A DNA stretch of 64,000 nucleotides from Podarcis liolepis (Eukaryota), in NCBI GenBank assembly GCA_965112155.1, contig OZ218105.1. The stretch is one strand, 5' to 3'. This document shows positions 1 through 13,820 of this stretch, in pieces. The translations under genes were made by a program, and so were the position numbers. Each line of letters opens with the position of its first letter. Positions within the stretch are counted from its first letter, which is position 1. The notes beneath the pieces were generated by a model. That model was not told the origin of the DNA, searched no databases, and saw nothing but the letters and a program-made list of their open reading frames with translations.

Positions 1-605
1 AACTAGTTTCCTGAGTGGATAAACCCTGGGGTCAGAAGCCAAGGAGTTTATTCTATCAAGAGAATTGGATCACTTCAGAGAAAAGCAGCACACTGGCTCT
101 GTTGTTGTGATTATGGTACAAAAGGGAATAAAAGAAAATCAGACACTTGACAAATCTGGAAACTATATTGACATAACAGACCATAGTAACCTGCCGTATG
201 TAGAATCAACAACAGTTAGCCATGTACGAGACAGAATATGTTACTATCGAGAACTGGGACTCAAATCGAAATTGTCTGAAACCTGGAGAACTCTAGGTAA
301 TGTACGAAAGTGAGAGGTATGTAAATTAACATCAGGTGTGAAATGTGGACAATGGAACTAAACATTGGGAAAGAGAAATGGAGAAAAACCAAAACTGGCA
401 GGCAACAGATCCAGAGGCAGCATAGTAGGCCTCTTCAGGGCTCTAATATATGCATGGAACTTCCCTCAAGTACAGGGGACTCTTTGCTCCAAACGTCTTC
501 CCTTCTATCCATGGAGTTTGACTAGAATGGCAACAAGGTCAGAACTAGCATGCTTACTCCCGCTGTTCTTCCTAATGAGGAACACTGGAATACTAATGCT
601 GGAGA
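1..605 (+). pseudogene. Candidate degraded endogenous viral element: mononegavirus-like L (RdRp) gene fragment, continuing left of the window
   Basis: Translation across frameshifts gives, in the expected order, TGS-VVVIM, ELGLKSKLSETW (251-286), VMYESERYVN*..GTK (297-362) and LACLLP-LFFLMRNTG (~545-589). These resemble L-protein segments downstream of motif C. Stops and deletions are present and the GDN catalytic motif is absent. Confidence 0.35.
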
Positions 606-606
606 C

Positions 607-788
607 GTAAGAAGGTCCCTATTGGATCTTGTGGCCACAACGACCATCCAGATGTCTATGGGGAGTCTGCAACAGCTCTCTCCGCTTGTGATTCCTAGCA
701 ACGGATATTCAGGGACATGCTGCCTCCGGCAGTGGAGATATTGCTTATCCATCATGTCTAGTAGCCATGGGTAACTTTATCCTCTATG
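607..788 (-). mobile_element. CR1 LINE 3' end fragment
   Basis: Degenerate reverse complement of the CR1 3' UTR also seen at 26208-26500 and 33350-33590. Confidence 0.7.
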
Positions 789-799
789 GTGAAGATGCC

Positions 800-1018
800 A
801 GAAAGGAGATTCTGACTAAACATCAGGAAGAAGTTTGTGACAGTAAGAGCTGTTTGACAGTGGAAGAGACTCCCATGAGTGGTGAACTCTCTTTCCTTGG
901 AGGTTTTTAAGCAGAGGTTGGATGGCCATCTATCATGTATTATCTAGTTGAGATTTCTTCATTCTGGAACTTGGACTAGATGACCCTCAAGGTCCCTTCC
1001 AACTCTACAATTCTATGA
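800..1018 (+). mobile_element. CR1 LINE 3' end
   Basis: CR1 ORF2 C-terminus and 3' UTR ending GGTCCCTTCCAACTCTACAATTCTATGA, the typical ATTCTRTG terminus. Confidence 0.85.
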
Positions 1019-1783
1019 ACAATGTGAGAGGACCATTCAACAAGCCCTGCCTGTGAGTTTCCAGATGAATTGACCTGGCCACAACTGGAAAGAAGATCTT
1101 GTAGCTTTTGTTGGGTGAAGGAAATCTCTGCTAATATTCTTAGGACTTACGGGCAATTAGCTACCCCATGAACAGAGTGGATGAGCTATTTCTCCTTTAT
1201 AAAACTCAACTTTTTAAAGAGTCAGAGGTTGCTTGCTCCCAGTCTGAGCATAGTGGGGTCAGCTGAGTCAGCAGTACATCATGCACACAGACTCTGGTTT
1301 TGCATACCACAATTCAACCCATTCTAGGATGAAACTTGGTACCCCAGAGTCCAGGTTAAAAAAGACAGAAAGAAACTTGTGCATCTGCCAAGGGGTCATG
1401 TGAAATTGGTCCTCAGAGAGCGATCATAGTAATTCTCCTCTGATGCCAGATGCAAGCTTGTTATGCTGCTATTTCATCACCTCTCTAGCCCTTAGTGCAT
1501 CAGATTATGCATAATCACATGCCCAATCAGAATCAGACACTCTGTCTCTGTGCAATATTCTTCATGTAGTCACACGATGATTTATGTTTATTCTGCACAT
1601 CATCGAAAGTGGGCAGTCAAGCTATGCCTCAATTAGGACTGCTCCAACAGATGCCAGAGGCCCAAATCAAAAGATGAGCTGAATTTGCAAAAAAGGAAAA
1701 AAGGGGGGGGACAGATCAAAGGTCTCCTGGCGTTTATTAAGGAATTACGGATGTAAGGTCAGCATTATTAGGTTAGTCTAACT

Positions 1784-2275
1784 CAGGGGTCTGCAACCTT
1801 TAAGACAAAAAGAGCCACTTGGACCCATTTCCGAAGAAAAAAAACCTGGGAGCCGCAAAACTCATCATTATAAAAATAACTTTTTTGTCACTTTTTTATT
1901 ATTTCTTTGTTTGACTCCTCAGAATTACTCCTCCTCATAGAAATAAACGTTAAATTAACAAGTTACCAAGTTACCTTTTTGTGTGTGTGTGTTCTTCACA
2001 GTGACCAGCATACATGCCCCCTTTCAATGCAGTGACCAGCGTACATGCCTCTTACAATGTAGCGAGCGGGCAGGCGGGAAGGTGACGTTGGGACGGTGCG
2101 TGACTAACGCACGCACCGCCCCCATGCGACGTCACAGCCAGTATAGCGCCCGCCACAGTGGGGAGTGTCGGGGCGCACAATGCGCCTCCTCCCCTCGCTA
2201 GTATCCGCCCCGGAGCCGCAGCAAAGGTGTAAAAGAGCCACATGTGGCTCCGGAGCCGCGGGTTGCAGACCCCTG
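1784..2275. mobile_element. hAT (Charlie-like) non-autonomous DNA transposon
   Basis: Perfect 15-bp TIR CAGGGGTCTGCAACC/GGTTGCAGACCCCTG and perfect 8-bp TSD GTCTAACT (1776-1783, 2276-2283). CpG-rich interior suggests a young insertion. Confidence 0.95.
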
Positions 2276-3563
2276 GTCTAACTGATCTAGTCCAACATGC
2301 CTCCAAGGCCACATACCTCTTTTATTCCAGATTAATGAAAAATAACAACTGCTGGTTGCAATTTATATTCATGGTGGATATTTGTGGGGTTTTTTAAAGG
2401 CAACATTTGTCCTACCCCACTCTTCAGCCAAAAAAAGACTTGCCTTTTTGTTCCCAGAGCATCTTATGTACAATCCATTAAAACAAGGCAGGTTTACAAT
2501 CTAAGGCATGGCACCAAAGGAACAAGGCACAGGAAGGGAAGAGGAGGAGAGCACACCTCAGACACCCATTCTTAAAGTTAAACAGCAGTTCTTATAATGA
2601 CCAGCTGGAATGGAAACAGCTGAGGGACACTAAGCCTGTGATGGGGCTGGCCTTTCAGCAAGGGGTGGGAGTCCTGCTTCCCTTATCTTCCAGTGAGGCA
2701 GCCTGCTGGAATGACTGCTGCTAGGTGATGGTTGAGTGAGAGGAGGCCCAATGAAGCTGTGATTTAACTCTGTTACCCCTATGCAACTCTTAATCTATAC
2801 TGCTTGAAGAAGAGGGAAAGGGTGTCCGAGGGTGAGAAAGAATAGCTAATGGGCAACAACCATCTTTAATATGAAGACACAAATATTCTCACCATCTGAA
2901 TCAGTGGGTTTCTATCTTAACACCTTGACCCTTTCTTGCCAGCTTGTCTCTAAAATCTCCAGTTTGCCTGGGAAAGTATGGAAATCAAAAGCGTAGGCAT
3001 ACAAGGCAAGAAAGTTACAGCCTGTGTTTGCTGACCTCTATTTACATTAATCCACAATGGGGGACTCTTGCCAGTTGTGCATTGCAGCAGAAGACCTCTG
3101 GAAAATGCAAATAGCTTCTGATCCACTGGACCTCTAACCTAATTAAGCCATCTGAGGCACATCCTGGTTTGACCTATTTGGAAGCCTGACAGAGGAAGCT
3201 CCATGCCTGAGGCGCTGCTGCCACCACCAATAGTCATATTAACACTCATTACGTAAGGATTAAAAGCTACCATTGGACTTATGCAGATAGGAACCCTCCA
3301 TTAGACATACGCACAACACAAACTTTTGCATTCATCATGCATAGTGGGAAAATTAGATCCCAGCAGCATGGACACTTAGTATTCCAGACCCTTTCCCACT
3401 TTTGCTCTAGGAAAACCTCTCTCATAGGTTGCAGCACCTGTAAGGGTTATCCAATTCAAAATATTTGTTTTCAGTTTCCATGGGTCTTTCTAGCTTAGGA
3501 AATTCCAGTTCTACCTCCTACCTCCTCCCCACAGTGTTCCTTATCCCTCCTTTGCTGTTTTTA

Positions 3564-3805
3564 CAGTGGTACCTCGGGTTACATACGCTCCAGGTTACAT
3601 ACGCTTCAGGTTGCAGACTCCGCTAACCCAGAAATAATACCTTGGGTTAAGAACTTTGCTTCAGGATGAGTACAGAAATCATGCTCCGGCGGTGCGGTGG
3701 CAGCGGGAGGCCCCATTAGCTAAAATGGTGCTTCAGGTTAAGAACAGTTTCAGGTTAAGAACGGACATCCGGAATGAATTAAGTACGTAACCAGAGGTAC
3801 CACTG
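3564..3805. mobile_element. Tc1/mariner (Tigger/pogo-like) MITE
   Basis: TIR CAGTGGTACCTC...GAGGTACCACTG with TA TSD. Same family at 8606, 21125, 29372 and 32762. Confidence 0.92.
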
Positions 3806-4204
3806 TATTTATATACTTGGGTTATTTAGGGCACCGGGAGAGGCGCACAGCTCATGGATCTCCTTACATCCCAGAGTTAGTCTGATACAATACAAGTCAT
3901 GCCTTTATTATTATTGCCCTTTTCCTACAACAAAAGATATTGATGATCCAAGGGTCAAGAATGAGCTTCAAGAATGAATAAGGAGCTGCTCACATAACCC
4001 CAATATCTAGGCACAGCGAACAGCCTACTGATTTTTTGCAGTCCCCTAAGCAGGGGTGGGGCACCTCAGAGGCTGAAGGTAATTATGGAAAAAACAGCAA
4101 GCTGGGATGGCTGATATCTGTTTGGATCCAGGGCTGTGGCTATGGGAGAAGCAGGACCCTCTTGGAGTGTTAATGCTGTGAACCCTTCCTTCATAGGCCC
4201 AGGT

Positions 4205-4208
4205 TGTG

Positions 4209-4250
<42 letters not shown>
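4205..4250. repeat. (TG)n microsatellite
   Basis: Direct inspection. Confidence 0.95.
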
Positions 4251-4253
<3 letters not shown>

Positions 4254-5009
4254 AAGCCATGTATCATAAAGACACCACAGTCTCCACTGTGCCTCATTTC
4301 CAAAAGGAATCATGAAACCTGGGTACAGCTCCTGGAACCCCTGGAATTTCTCACCGCTCAGAGATTGGATGGGGTGGCATGCAACACACTCTACACATTG
4401 TCTGATTACTAATTCACCCTATTGTGATTGTCATTTGCCCTTTGGCAAGTCACAACTATGAGGTAAAGACTTGATATGCCTCTTCCTGAACATGTACATT
4501 TCCCCAATATGGGTAGATGGGGACAAATAGTAACAAGGCAGCTATCCAAGATAAGTTAGGAGCCAGGAACCAGGAGACAGGAAGCCAAAGGAACGTGGCC
4601 AAAGAACAAACTGGGGAGATGAAGCCAAAAATTGTGCCAAGGCACAGGACCAAAGAACCAACAAAAGTATGCTAAAAGTCATCAAAACTCAGGAAATTCT
4701 TGCTTCTCAATCAAGGCCTAACTCAGACAGTAAGTTCTTTATAGACCTCCCTTTCCCGGGTGGTCCAATGGACACTTGTGTGGGCAGGACCAGTGTAGGG
4801 CTTGGGACTATCTAACGCCATAGGTAGAAGCTTGCAGCCAAACACAAAGCTGAAGGTTCCCAGTTTGAGTTCTGTCAACTCTTGTCATTCCCACGGTGGC
4901 CATGAGAAGCCCGTGAGCAGACCATGCAAGCAAAAGTCCCCTCCAGCATTATGGCCCGATACATGGTTTTCTCCAATTGCCTTCAAAATACATAAGAAGA
5001 TCCCAACTG

Positions 5010-5192
5010 GATGCAACCAAAGACCCATCTAGTCCAGTATCCTGTTCTCACAGTGGCCAAACAGATGCCCATGGGAAACCCACAAGCATGACCTGAGTGT
5101 GACAGCATTCTTCCCACTTGTGATTCCCTGCAACTGATAGTCATCCAGAGGCACACTGCCTACAATAGTGAACATCTAAGCTAGCAGCCATC
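5010..5192 (-). mobile_element. CR1 LINE 3' end fragment
   Basis: CCCATCTAGTCCAG..TGTTCTCACAGTGGCCAA.. is the reverse complement of the CR1 3' UTR. Confidence 0.75.
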
Positions 5193-6804
5193 AGGGAGAC
5201 AGATGATCTTTCAAGAAAAACTGTGTTCTATTTCTCTTTGAGGAACCACTGATATATTTCCAAGAATCCTCAAACTGCCCAACAACAGAGTTTGAAAGTC
5301 ATTGATCTAAACTATTTAGTACTGTCTCTGTATGCAGCAAACCTTTTCTTCATTATTGTTGTCGAGTCTGTTATTGAATGCTGCTCAATCTGCTATCAAA
5401 ATCACACTATTACAGTAGTTGGTCTTCTTTAAAGCACTATTCAAAACAGCAGGGTTTTGTTTCCTTGCAACTAATTGCTTCTTTTGATGCTGTATGAATT
5501 ACTGTTCAGAGTGATTTGCTTCCTTTTATTTATTCTATTTCAAGATCTTCCACAAGTATATTTAACACCTTTTAGCTTGGAAAACATGGTCATAAAGTAG
5601 TCTGTCTCTGGGATAATCATAACGTCAAGCGTATTTTTACATTTAATATGAGGAAATTATGTGTTAAAAGGTAAGGCAACTGGTAATTATTAGCAAACTT
5701 GGTGTATGGTAACAAAAGGACATCAAAGGCCTTTGCTGCCTATTGGCCTCTATGCATGACGTTACCAGGCTTCCAAGTCTAAGAGCAAATTAGCCCTTTT
5801 TTTCTAGGTTATGGTCTTCAATTTGACTAATGCAAGATGCTAACTGAGGGCATCCTTCATTGATGAAATGACGAACTTTAGATTGCTGAGTTATGTTGAT
5901 GGTAGACAAGTGTCTTGTAGATGTTCAGCTCTTATCTGATGGCGGGGGAACATATGCATGCCTTTTCAAAAAGGGAGAAGCGACATTCTCATCCCATAAT
6001 TTTCTAGGGCAAGGATGGGGAACCTGTGAGACTCTCAGAAGTTGTTAGACTCTATGTTTGATTAGCACCAGCCAATATAGCCAATGGTCAGGAATGATGG
6101 GAATTGTAGTCCTGGTCTAGGACATTTGACTTAGAAGAGAGAGAGAAATGGAGCGCATGACCAATGAATAAATGAAATAAGAGATACAGTTTGCTTCATT
6201 GTCCTATGCAGAGCTACTTGGTTTATTCATTTCTATCAATGGGTAATGTTCCTTGAAGTCTGGGTTGCAGTTACAGTGACAAGGAGAATAAGCTATGAAT
6301 CGAGAAGTCCCTGGTTTAAACTGAAGATTGTAAGCTGCTGTGGGGAGGAAGTTCCTCAAAATGTGAGGTATGACTTCTTGGATAAATAAACAATGCAGAT
6401 AATTAATAATTTTGACCTGCATTGCAGGGTTGTTGTAAGGATTGTGGAGATGAGAAGGAAAGGCTTTTCATTACATTTTGATCCCAATCTTTATTCTAGA
6501 AGCTTAAGGCGACATACATAGTTCTTCCCTCCCATGTTACAACAACCCTGTGAAGTCCGTTTGGCTGTGAGAGACTGACAGCCTGGTGTCTGAATTGGGT
6601 ACCAATCTGAAAACATCTCCTGCACCACACTGACTTTTCAGTTTCATACAATACAAAAAATAAATAAAGATAAGTTATAAAACAATACAAAGGAACACCC
6701 AAGGCAGAGACTTGAAAAAATAAAAGTCTTCAGTTGTTTCTGGAAACTACAGATAATGGGTACCTGTCAGATTTCAACAGGGGTGCTGCTTCACAGAACA
6801 GGGT

Positions 6805-7045
6805 AGAAGAAGAGTTTGGATTTGATATCCCGCTTTATCACTACCCGAAGGAGTTTCAAAGCGGCTAACATTCTCCTTTCCCTTCCTCCCCCACAACAAA
6901 CACTCTGCGAGGTGAGTGGGGCTGAGAGACTTCACAGAAATGTGACTGGCCCAAGGTCACGCAGCAGCTGCATGTGGAGCGGGGAAGCGAACCCAGTTCC
7001 CCAGATTACGAGACTACCACTCTTAACCACTACACCACACTGGCT
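6805..7045 (-). mobile_element. tRNA-derived SINE (Squam3-type)
   Basis: Minus strand begins GCCAGTGTGGTGTAGTGGTTAAGAG (A box), has GGGTTCGCTTCCCC (B box-like) and a (CTT)n tail. Second copy at 22514-22826. Confidence 0.88.
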
Positions 7046-8605
7046 TTCTACAGCCACACTGAAAGCCGTGCTCTGAGTTGCTGTGGATTGGGCTTCTGAT
7101 ATTTTGGGGACTTTGAGGAGAAACTGCTGTAGAATGCAGTAACCTGCTATAAGGGGTAAGACAGTCTTTCAAGTAACTTTGTCTCAATCTGTATAGGGCC
7201 TTATGTGTTAGTACCAAAACTTGATCTTGGCCCAGTATGAAATTACTCATTTGCATTTGTTTAGCCTGACTTGTAAATATGCCAGTAAACATGCCACTTT
7301 CCAAGCTGAATTTCCCCCTGTGTGCCCCATTTCTAGTTTTCTGTCCAGAAAACACCCAGTTGTCAATATAACGCTAATTGCATTTCCCACTGCTTAAAAC
7401 TTTTAGCCAGGCACTGACTATTTTTGTTTGGCTTTGGTGTTTTGCCTACCTCTAAGTCATTGCATCGACGCCATCCTTTACACAGCTGACGAATCAGGCC
7501 CATTATATTGAAAAAGAGCTCAATAAAGCAAATGAAAATTACATAGGAAGAAGCACAAAGATCACACATAACAGAATTATACAGAAATAGAGAGTGGGAA
7601 AGGGAGAAGAAAAGAAAATTGAGTGTGAAGCCCCAGGAGTCCGAACAAGCCTTTGGAAATTTAAAAGGTTTTAAAAAAAGAAACACGATGGTTATTTCAC
7701 TCATAATAATAGCCAGCTACTCTGTCATTAGTGCAATAGGGAAGTATTGTACAGTTGCTTTAGGAAAACGTGGACTTAAGACGTAAGAGCCCATTTACAC
7801 AGAGAGATAAATAATGTGGTGCAGATTTCCTGTGTCTCTTACCTTTTTAGACTAAAGGAGCAGTCTTACACACAAGAAGCTGGTGCAAGGTAAGCAGGAG
7901 TAAATTAAGCCAATGTAAAATTATACCAGATCCAAACCTTGTTCAGCAGTTGGGCTACTGTTTGCTGAGTTGGCCTAACCCTGGCAGAAGGGAAACAAAC
8001 CTCTGAAATAGTGTTTGGGATACACTACTCTTTTCGCCAACTTAATTTATATTGCGGTTATTAATATTGTGCACTTGGAAGCAATAGGATGAATAAAAAC
8101 TGACTCCTCTTGAAATTGAAATAAAAATTGTCCAGTCCAAAAATATGGTTCCAAAGCTTTACTAACTGAACCTGTTCCAAAACAAACACTTAGAACAATA
8201 ATGTTGCATGCAAATAGTTGAATAATATTATGTGTTTCTCCAAGCACAGGTACAGCATCTTAGAAATATAAAATTACTTGTAACAGAGCTGGAAATATAG
8301 CTCTGTCTATCCACATACAGCTGGGTTATCCTGGAGAGAGATCATTAGCACATCTTCCTCTTTGGTAGTTTGAGACAAACGCACCCAAAATGGAGATTTG
8401 CAACTGAAAATACCCCCCATGTGATCTAAAGTTAAATACCTTGTGACAGAGTAGCAGAGATGCATTCAAAGTTAATTATCAACATTTTAGCTCTCTGCAA
8501 CTTCTTGGTTTAGCTACAGTGGAAGTTTCTATGCTATGTATTTAGCAGTACCCATATGTAGGTATACACAGGTATTTTCCATTTCAATGTGCAATTAAAC
8601 AATTA

Positions 8606-8821
8606 CAGTGGTACCTCGGGTTAAGAACTTAATTCATTCCAGACATCCGTTCTTAACCTGAAATGGTTCTTAACCTGAAGCACCACTTTAGCTAATGGGG
8701 CTTCCTGCTGCTGCTGGCACGCGATTTCAGTTCTTAACCTGGAGCAACCACTTCCTGGTTAGCGGAGTTTGTAACCTGAAGCATCTGTAACCTGAAGCAT
8801 CTGTAACCCAAGGTACCACTG
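8606..8821. mobile_element. Tigger-like MITE
   Basis: CAGTGGTACCTCGGGTT...AACCCAAGGTACCACTG with TA TSD. Confidence 0.92.
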
Positions 8822-10986
8822 TATACTCATGCCAGGTCACATGGCTGAGCCAAATGGGTTTAGGATCCAGGTTAAGTCCGCACACCTCTGGTCCTGCCCC
8901 AGAGCAACCTCTTTTCAGGGCTTTCGCTGGTTTAAGATCTGCTGGGCTTAGCTCAGCCAGCTGGATCACAGTTCAGCCAGGATGGAGGAGACACACTGGG
9001 ATAAATCCAGATGTGCTGAGGGTGAGGGAGTTGAGCTGGTATGGCCCTGTTGTGCTGAGAACCTCCCAGCTCAGCCTGAGATCTGCTGAATCCCGATAAG
9101 TGGCAGCAATGTTGCTGCTGGCAAAGCAGTGGTGAGCACCACACCACTATGCCGACTGCTCCTTATGTGAAACATTTTTCTGAGGATAAGGAGTCCAAGC
9201 ACCAAAAATACTTGATTCCTTCCTATCACTTGGAATCAAGAGAGAGAACGTGAAGACTTTCTCTCTCTTGAGCTGAAAATCATTCCTCCTGGAACAGAAA
9301 GCAGTACCTGCAGGGGCTAATCTCGAGAAAACATATCCCTGCAAATCCTGGCGGTGTTGATTTGCTTGCGCTGCAACAGAGTGGAACAACCAGCACAAGA
9401 TCAAAACAAACGCATACAAACGAAAGCCTGTTTCGTTGTTGCGCTTTGATAAATTTGACAACCCACTGTGTTTTTTATATCGCTGTTTTCCCCTCTCACA
9501 TTTTGTTTCTTGTAAAAGCACTGGTAGCAAGTGAAAGGTGTTTCCACCCCATGCTCATCCTCATGTAATTTAGCCAAGAACATGCCACTGCGAGCCCTGA
9601 CCTTTGCAAACCGTACAATGTGCTGGAGAAAATCCGAGATCATTGCTCCCCCCCCCCAGCCCTGTATTAAAGATTCTGACTGGCAGCAGTTCTCCCGGGG
9701 CTCGAGCAGACGTCCCCCTAGCCTTGCTACTTGAAACCCGTTTAAGTGGAGAGACCAGAGATAGAACCTGACACTTTTTGGCTGCACATGCCCAACCACT
9801 AAGCTATGGCCTCCTCCATGCATTTTCAAGATGAAATCAATTATTAAGTTTCCAGCTCTTCCGCCTACCGTTCAAGTCTCAAATGTGTTTGGAAGGAACA
9901 CAAATTTCCAGGATCCAACCAAAACTATCTTAAGTATTTAGTAGTCGTACTAGGAATCTGGCAGTTTTATATAGGGCAGATATGGGGAGCCATTGGCGGT
10001 ACAAATGTCAGTGGACAACAGTTCATAACATCGTTCCTGACCATGGGTCATGCTGCCTGGGGCTGATGAGAGCTGAAGTGCACCAATATCCCAAGAGCCA
10101 CAGGGTCCTCACTCCCTATATAGTGGGTTCTTACAACCCCTTTCAAATGTTGAAAGCACACAGATTGAGGGAGTTGTGCCAGCTACCACTCCAGCTATGT
10201 CCCTGGCCAACTGCATGGTCATCAGTTGTATGATGCTATCCAACATGTTTTACACATGTGGAGTCCCCTTCATTAGGGCCAGGATTTCTCTTTTTGCAGA
10301 AAAGTCCTTCTGCAACATGAGCATAGGGTCATTTTGCTTGGCCACAGAAGGTGCAGCTGCCTGCAGAGAGCAGGGCAACATACATAGGGGCAGGGATAGT
10401 TAGTATGACCCTGTGACGATGGACTGTACGCAATGCTAGTCCTAGTCAGAGCAGCTCCACTGAGGTTAATTGGCACAGCTAACATAGGAACATTAATGTC
10501 AATGGTCTACTCTGAGTAGAACTTAGTGGGATACAGCCTGTTTTCAACCTGTGAAGGCATTCATGTGAACAACCTAACATCTGAAGACACATTCTCAAGG
10601 ACCTTCTCATACAGGAGATGTTCAATTCAAAAATTGCTTCAGTGCTTCTTCAAGGTTATTTAGGTCTGTGGTAGAGATTAAAAAACCCCGTAGAAACAGA
10701 AGGAATGCCTCATACCAAATGTGTCCTCATCACCACGTCCTCTGAAGTCATCAGAGTAGGGCCTGCTTCAAATTTGAGGCTGGGTGGGTAGCTATAAAGT
10801 ACAGGATGTTCTCCATCGGGACAATTTCATTTGCAGTTTTCCAGAAACTGTTTAAGACTTCTGTTCTTTAGAGGGGCCTTTGTGGTATAAATAGTTGCTA
10901 GGTTTTACTGACTTTTTAATGTTTTGGTTGTTCCTTGATGTCTTGTTTTGCTCATCTGCTTTCACTGCTTTTAAGTTACTATTTTA

Positions 10987-11032
10987 TGTTATGTAAGAGT
11001 ACCATACCATGTTATGTAAGAGTACCATACCA
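10987..11032. repeat. Perfect tandem duplication, 2 x 23 bp
   Basis: TGTTATGTAAGAGTACCATACCA repeated twice. Confidence 0.9.
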
Positions 11033-13567
11033 AGAGATCCAGTCCTTCTGGATCACGCTAAGTGTTCACTCAGTCTAGCATCCATTCTTGCAGCAGAGGC
11101 TAGACATGTACTTCTAGATGCCTGCAAAAAGGACATTTAGGAAAAAGCCTCTTGCATCATTTATCTTTAAAGATATAGACAGGAGAAGGTGAGGCTGGGA
11201 TGCCTGGGGACATTGAGGGGGCCACTCACCCCTCTCATATTTTGAAACCTGCCACCTTCTTCTGAATGCTTTTGAGAGGGTGTTGGCTCTGAATTCTGTA
11301 AATTAATTACATGCAGATTGAAGAACTACTTGCTTTTATGATATGTTATCATTTCTCTCCATATCCTTTTCCTCAATTATAAAAGCCTAAATCCTTTGGT
11401 CCAAGGCTAGACAATGTGATGTTCTCCATAAGTTGTAGGACTCCTGTTGCTATCAGGCCCAACCAATCGTTAGGGTTGATGGATGAACTCTCACATGTAT
11501 GTTTTTTTAAGTCAACATTCCTCTTCGAGCTCTTTGCAGCACAATGTTTAGCCATGCTTACTCAGAAGTAAGTCCTGAGGGGGCCCAGGTAAGACACACA
11601 CCACAAAATCGATCACATGACACAGTGCACACACACCATTTGAATGGCAATGCTCATCAACTTGGGGGGGGCTGGCCTCCTCAAATATTTTATTGGGGGT
11701 CTGAAGACTCCCCAGCTCCTCAGAGGTCAGCTCCTATGGTGCAGCCTACTGCCACGTAAGTGGGATTATGATCGCAGCCTTAGTCTTTAATTTGTGATGC
11801 AATCTTTGGTTTCTTTGGCTTGTTTTGTTACTCAGATCATAGTTTGGCACTTCATCCTTAATTATAATGAAGTTCCATTAATGCTACTTTAGGAGAATGC
11901 AGATTGCAAAGCTTTCCTCAGCGGAAATATCAGTCTCTTTAACCTCTGGCTACCAAGAGATATTGCTCACTCTTATGCGACGCCGGGTCATCATCAGTAC
12001 TGGCATCTGTGACTTCTGCAGATGGGCTGAACCTGACATCCATAAGAACAGGCTTGGCTTGGCTTGCCAGTGTGGGTTGCATATACCTAAGATGTAAAAA
12101 AAACAGCTTAATTAACCTGTTTGAAACTGCGGCAAATTAGCTGTCTGCCGACCTGGTTTATTTTAGCAGATTGCTAAATATATACCATTTAGGAAGTAAA
12201 CTGCAAATCTGCTGCCTTATCTTTCTGTACAGAACATGCGATGGTGGGGAGGGGGGAGCAAGACTGTGAGGTTAGAGTATATTATATATTCTTGAAGGAA
12301 AGAACTTGGAAGAATGAACAGACCTCTTAGTGGAACAGGAATCAGCAGGTAGGTATCATGAACAGAATTTCATCATTAAAAGGGTGGCAAAGTTGTGCAA
12401 ATAAAAAGTCTGAATCTGGTATACTCCAGATACCTTTTCCTTTTTCTGTAGGTCAACCCTATCTATAGCTTATATTCCCACAATTCCCACTTCCCATTAC
12501 CTACCTGCCAGTGAATTTCTTCCATCCAACTTGTCATATATCTCAGCTTCTGAAAGCTCACAGTCCCCAGTTCTTGCATCGCCATCCCTTCTCCTCGACC
12601 AAGTACCTACCATCCTATCTCTGCACCTCAATACATAATTATTTAAGGATGAGCACAACAACCTCCCTTGCTTTCCTGCAACCATGCACTCAGTGCTTGC
12701 TCTCATGATGACTTTCTGCATGATCCCATTCCTGTACAGCTTGACCCATGCACATCCATCCTGAAATGGCCATAAGAGTGACTGAGCGTAGCACAAAATG
12801 CATTTGTGCCTGCTCCTGCCCAGCCAACATTATTTATGTTTGCAGTCGTGTGTAAAATGGTGCTTTATTCTCATGACAAACATGCCTCTGGAGGCATTAG
12901 CAAATAGGCTATCTGGCTCCAACCCAGTTCTTCATGGTGCAGAGTATATTCAGCTTGGAGTAACCCACGATACATGTGAAACTGCTCTCATCTTAATGGA
13001 GCAGGCCATTTTTTTTTAGAGTCCCTTTGGTCCAGCTCAATTTTTCATCCATCCATTTCCCAACCTTTCTCATACACAGAGTTGTTAAGAGCTGGAGGTG
13101 AGATTGCAAGCACCCAAGTAACATCCATATCAGACAGAAACCTAATGGCAGCCTTTGACAACCTAATGCCTTCCCAGGTACTCCCAAGTTTCCATTTTCC
13201 AGGGACACACTGTGTCTGTGAAGCTCAAATGCTGATAGGAGGAGAAGAAGCAGGCACAGGGAGAGGACAGTTAACAGCAGAAAGCAGAGAGGAGGGCGAG
13301 AGCAGCTGCAATCTGAGCTCTGACCAAAGGGACAGACAGATGTGTGAGAACTACGATAGTGGGCAAGACGTTGGAATGCAGGGAATACGCTCTGCCAAAT
13401 CTTGTAGGATATCAAAAGTGGCAGAAATGCACAAAAGATACTGGAAGAGAAGGTGGGGGCTTCCGTGCTGGAGAAGGGGGAGGAGCTCAGTCCGGGCAAC
13501 TCCATCTTCTGGGGAGGACAATGAGTAGAAACGCTCAGTTTGTTGTTTTAGCAATAGATCTGAAATA

Positions 13568-13820
13568 CAGTGGTACCTCTGGTTGTGAACAGGATCCGTT
13601 CCGGAGCCCCGTTTGCATCCTGAAGTGAACGCAACCCGCGTCTGCGCGGGTCATGATTTGCCACTTCTGCGCATGCGTGTGACGTCATTTTGAGCGTCTG
13701 CACATGCACGAACGGCAAAGTCCAGAAGTAACATGTTCCAGGTCGCTGTACTTCTAGGTCGCCATGGAGCACTACCTGAAAACACTCAACCTGAAGCAAC
13801 TTCAACCCAAGGTATGACTG
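13568..13820. mobile_element. Tigger-like MITE (second subfamily)
   Basis: TA|CAGTGGTACCTCTGGTTG ... CAACCCAAGGTATGACTG|TA. Confidence 0.88.

Noticed and set aside
550-774. AGDVRRSLLDL as a continuation of the viral L-like motif series
   Set aside because: Sequence from ~607 onward is the reverse complement of a CR1 3' UTR.
11940-12044. Minus-strand MDVRFSPS.. resembling the TOX-family N-terminus
   Set aside because: Similarity is limited to five residues, and no supporting downstream exons were found.
12993-13528. Overlapping 170-aa and 148-aa ORFs, and an 18-nt microexon candidate at 13080-13097
   Set aside because: No recognisable protein motif. Purine/pyrimidine-skewed composition explains the open frames, and splice-like motifs alone are insufficient.
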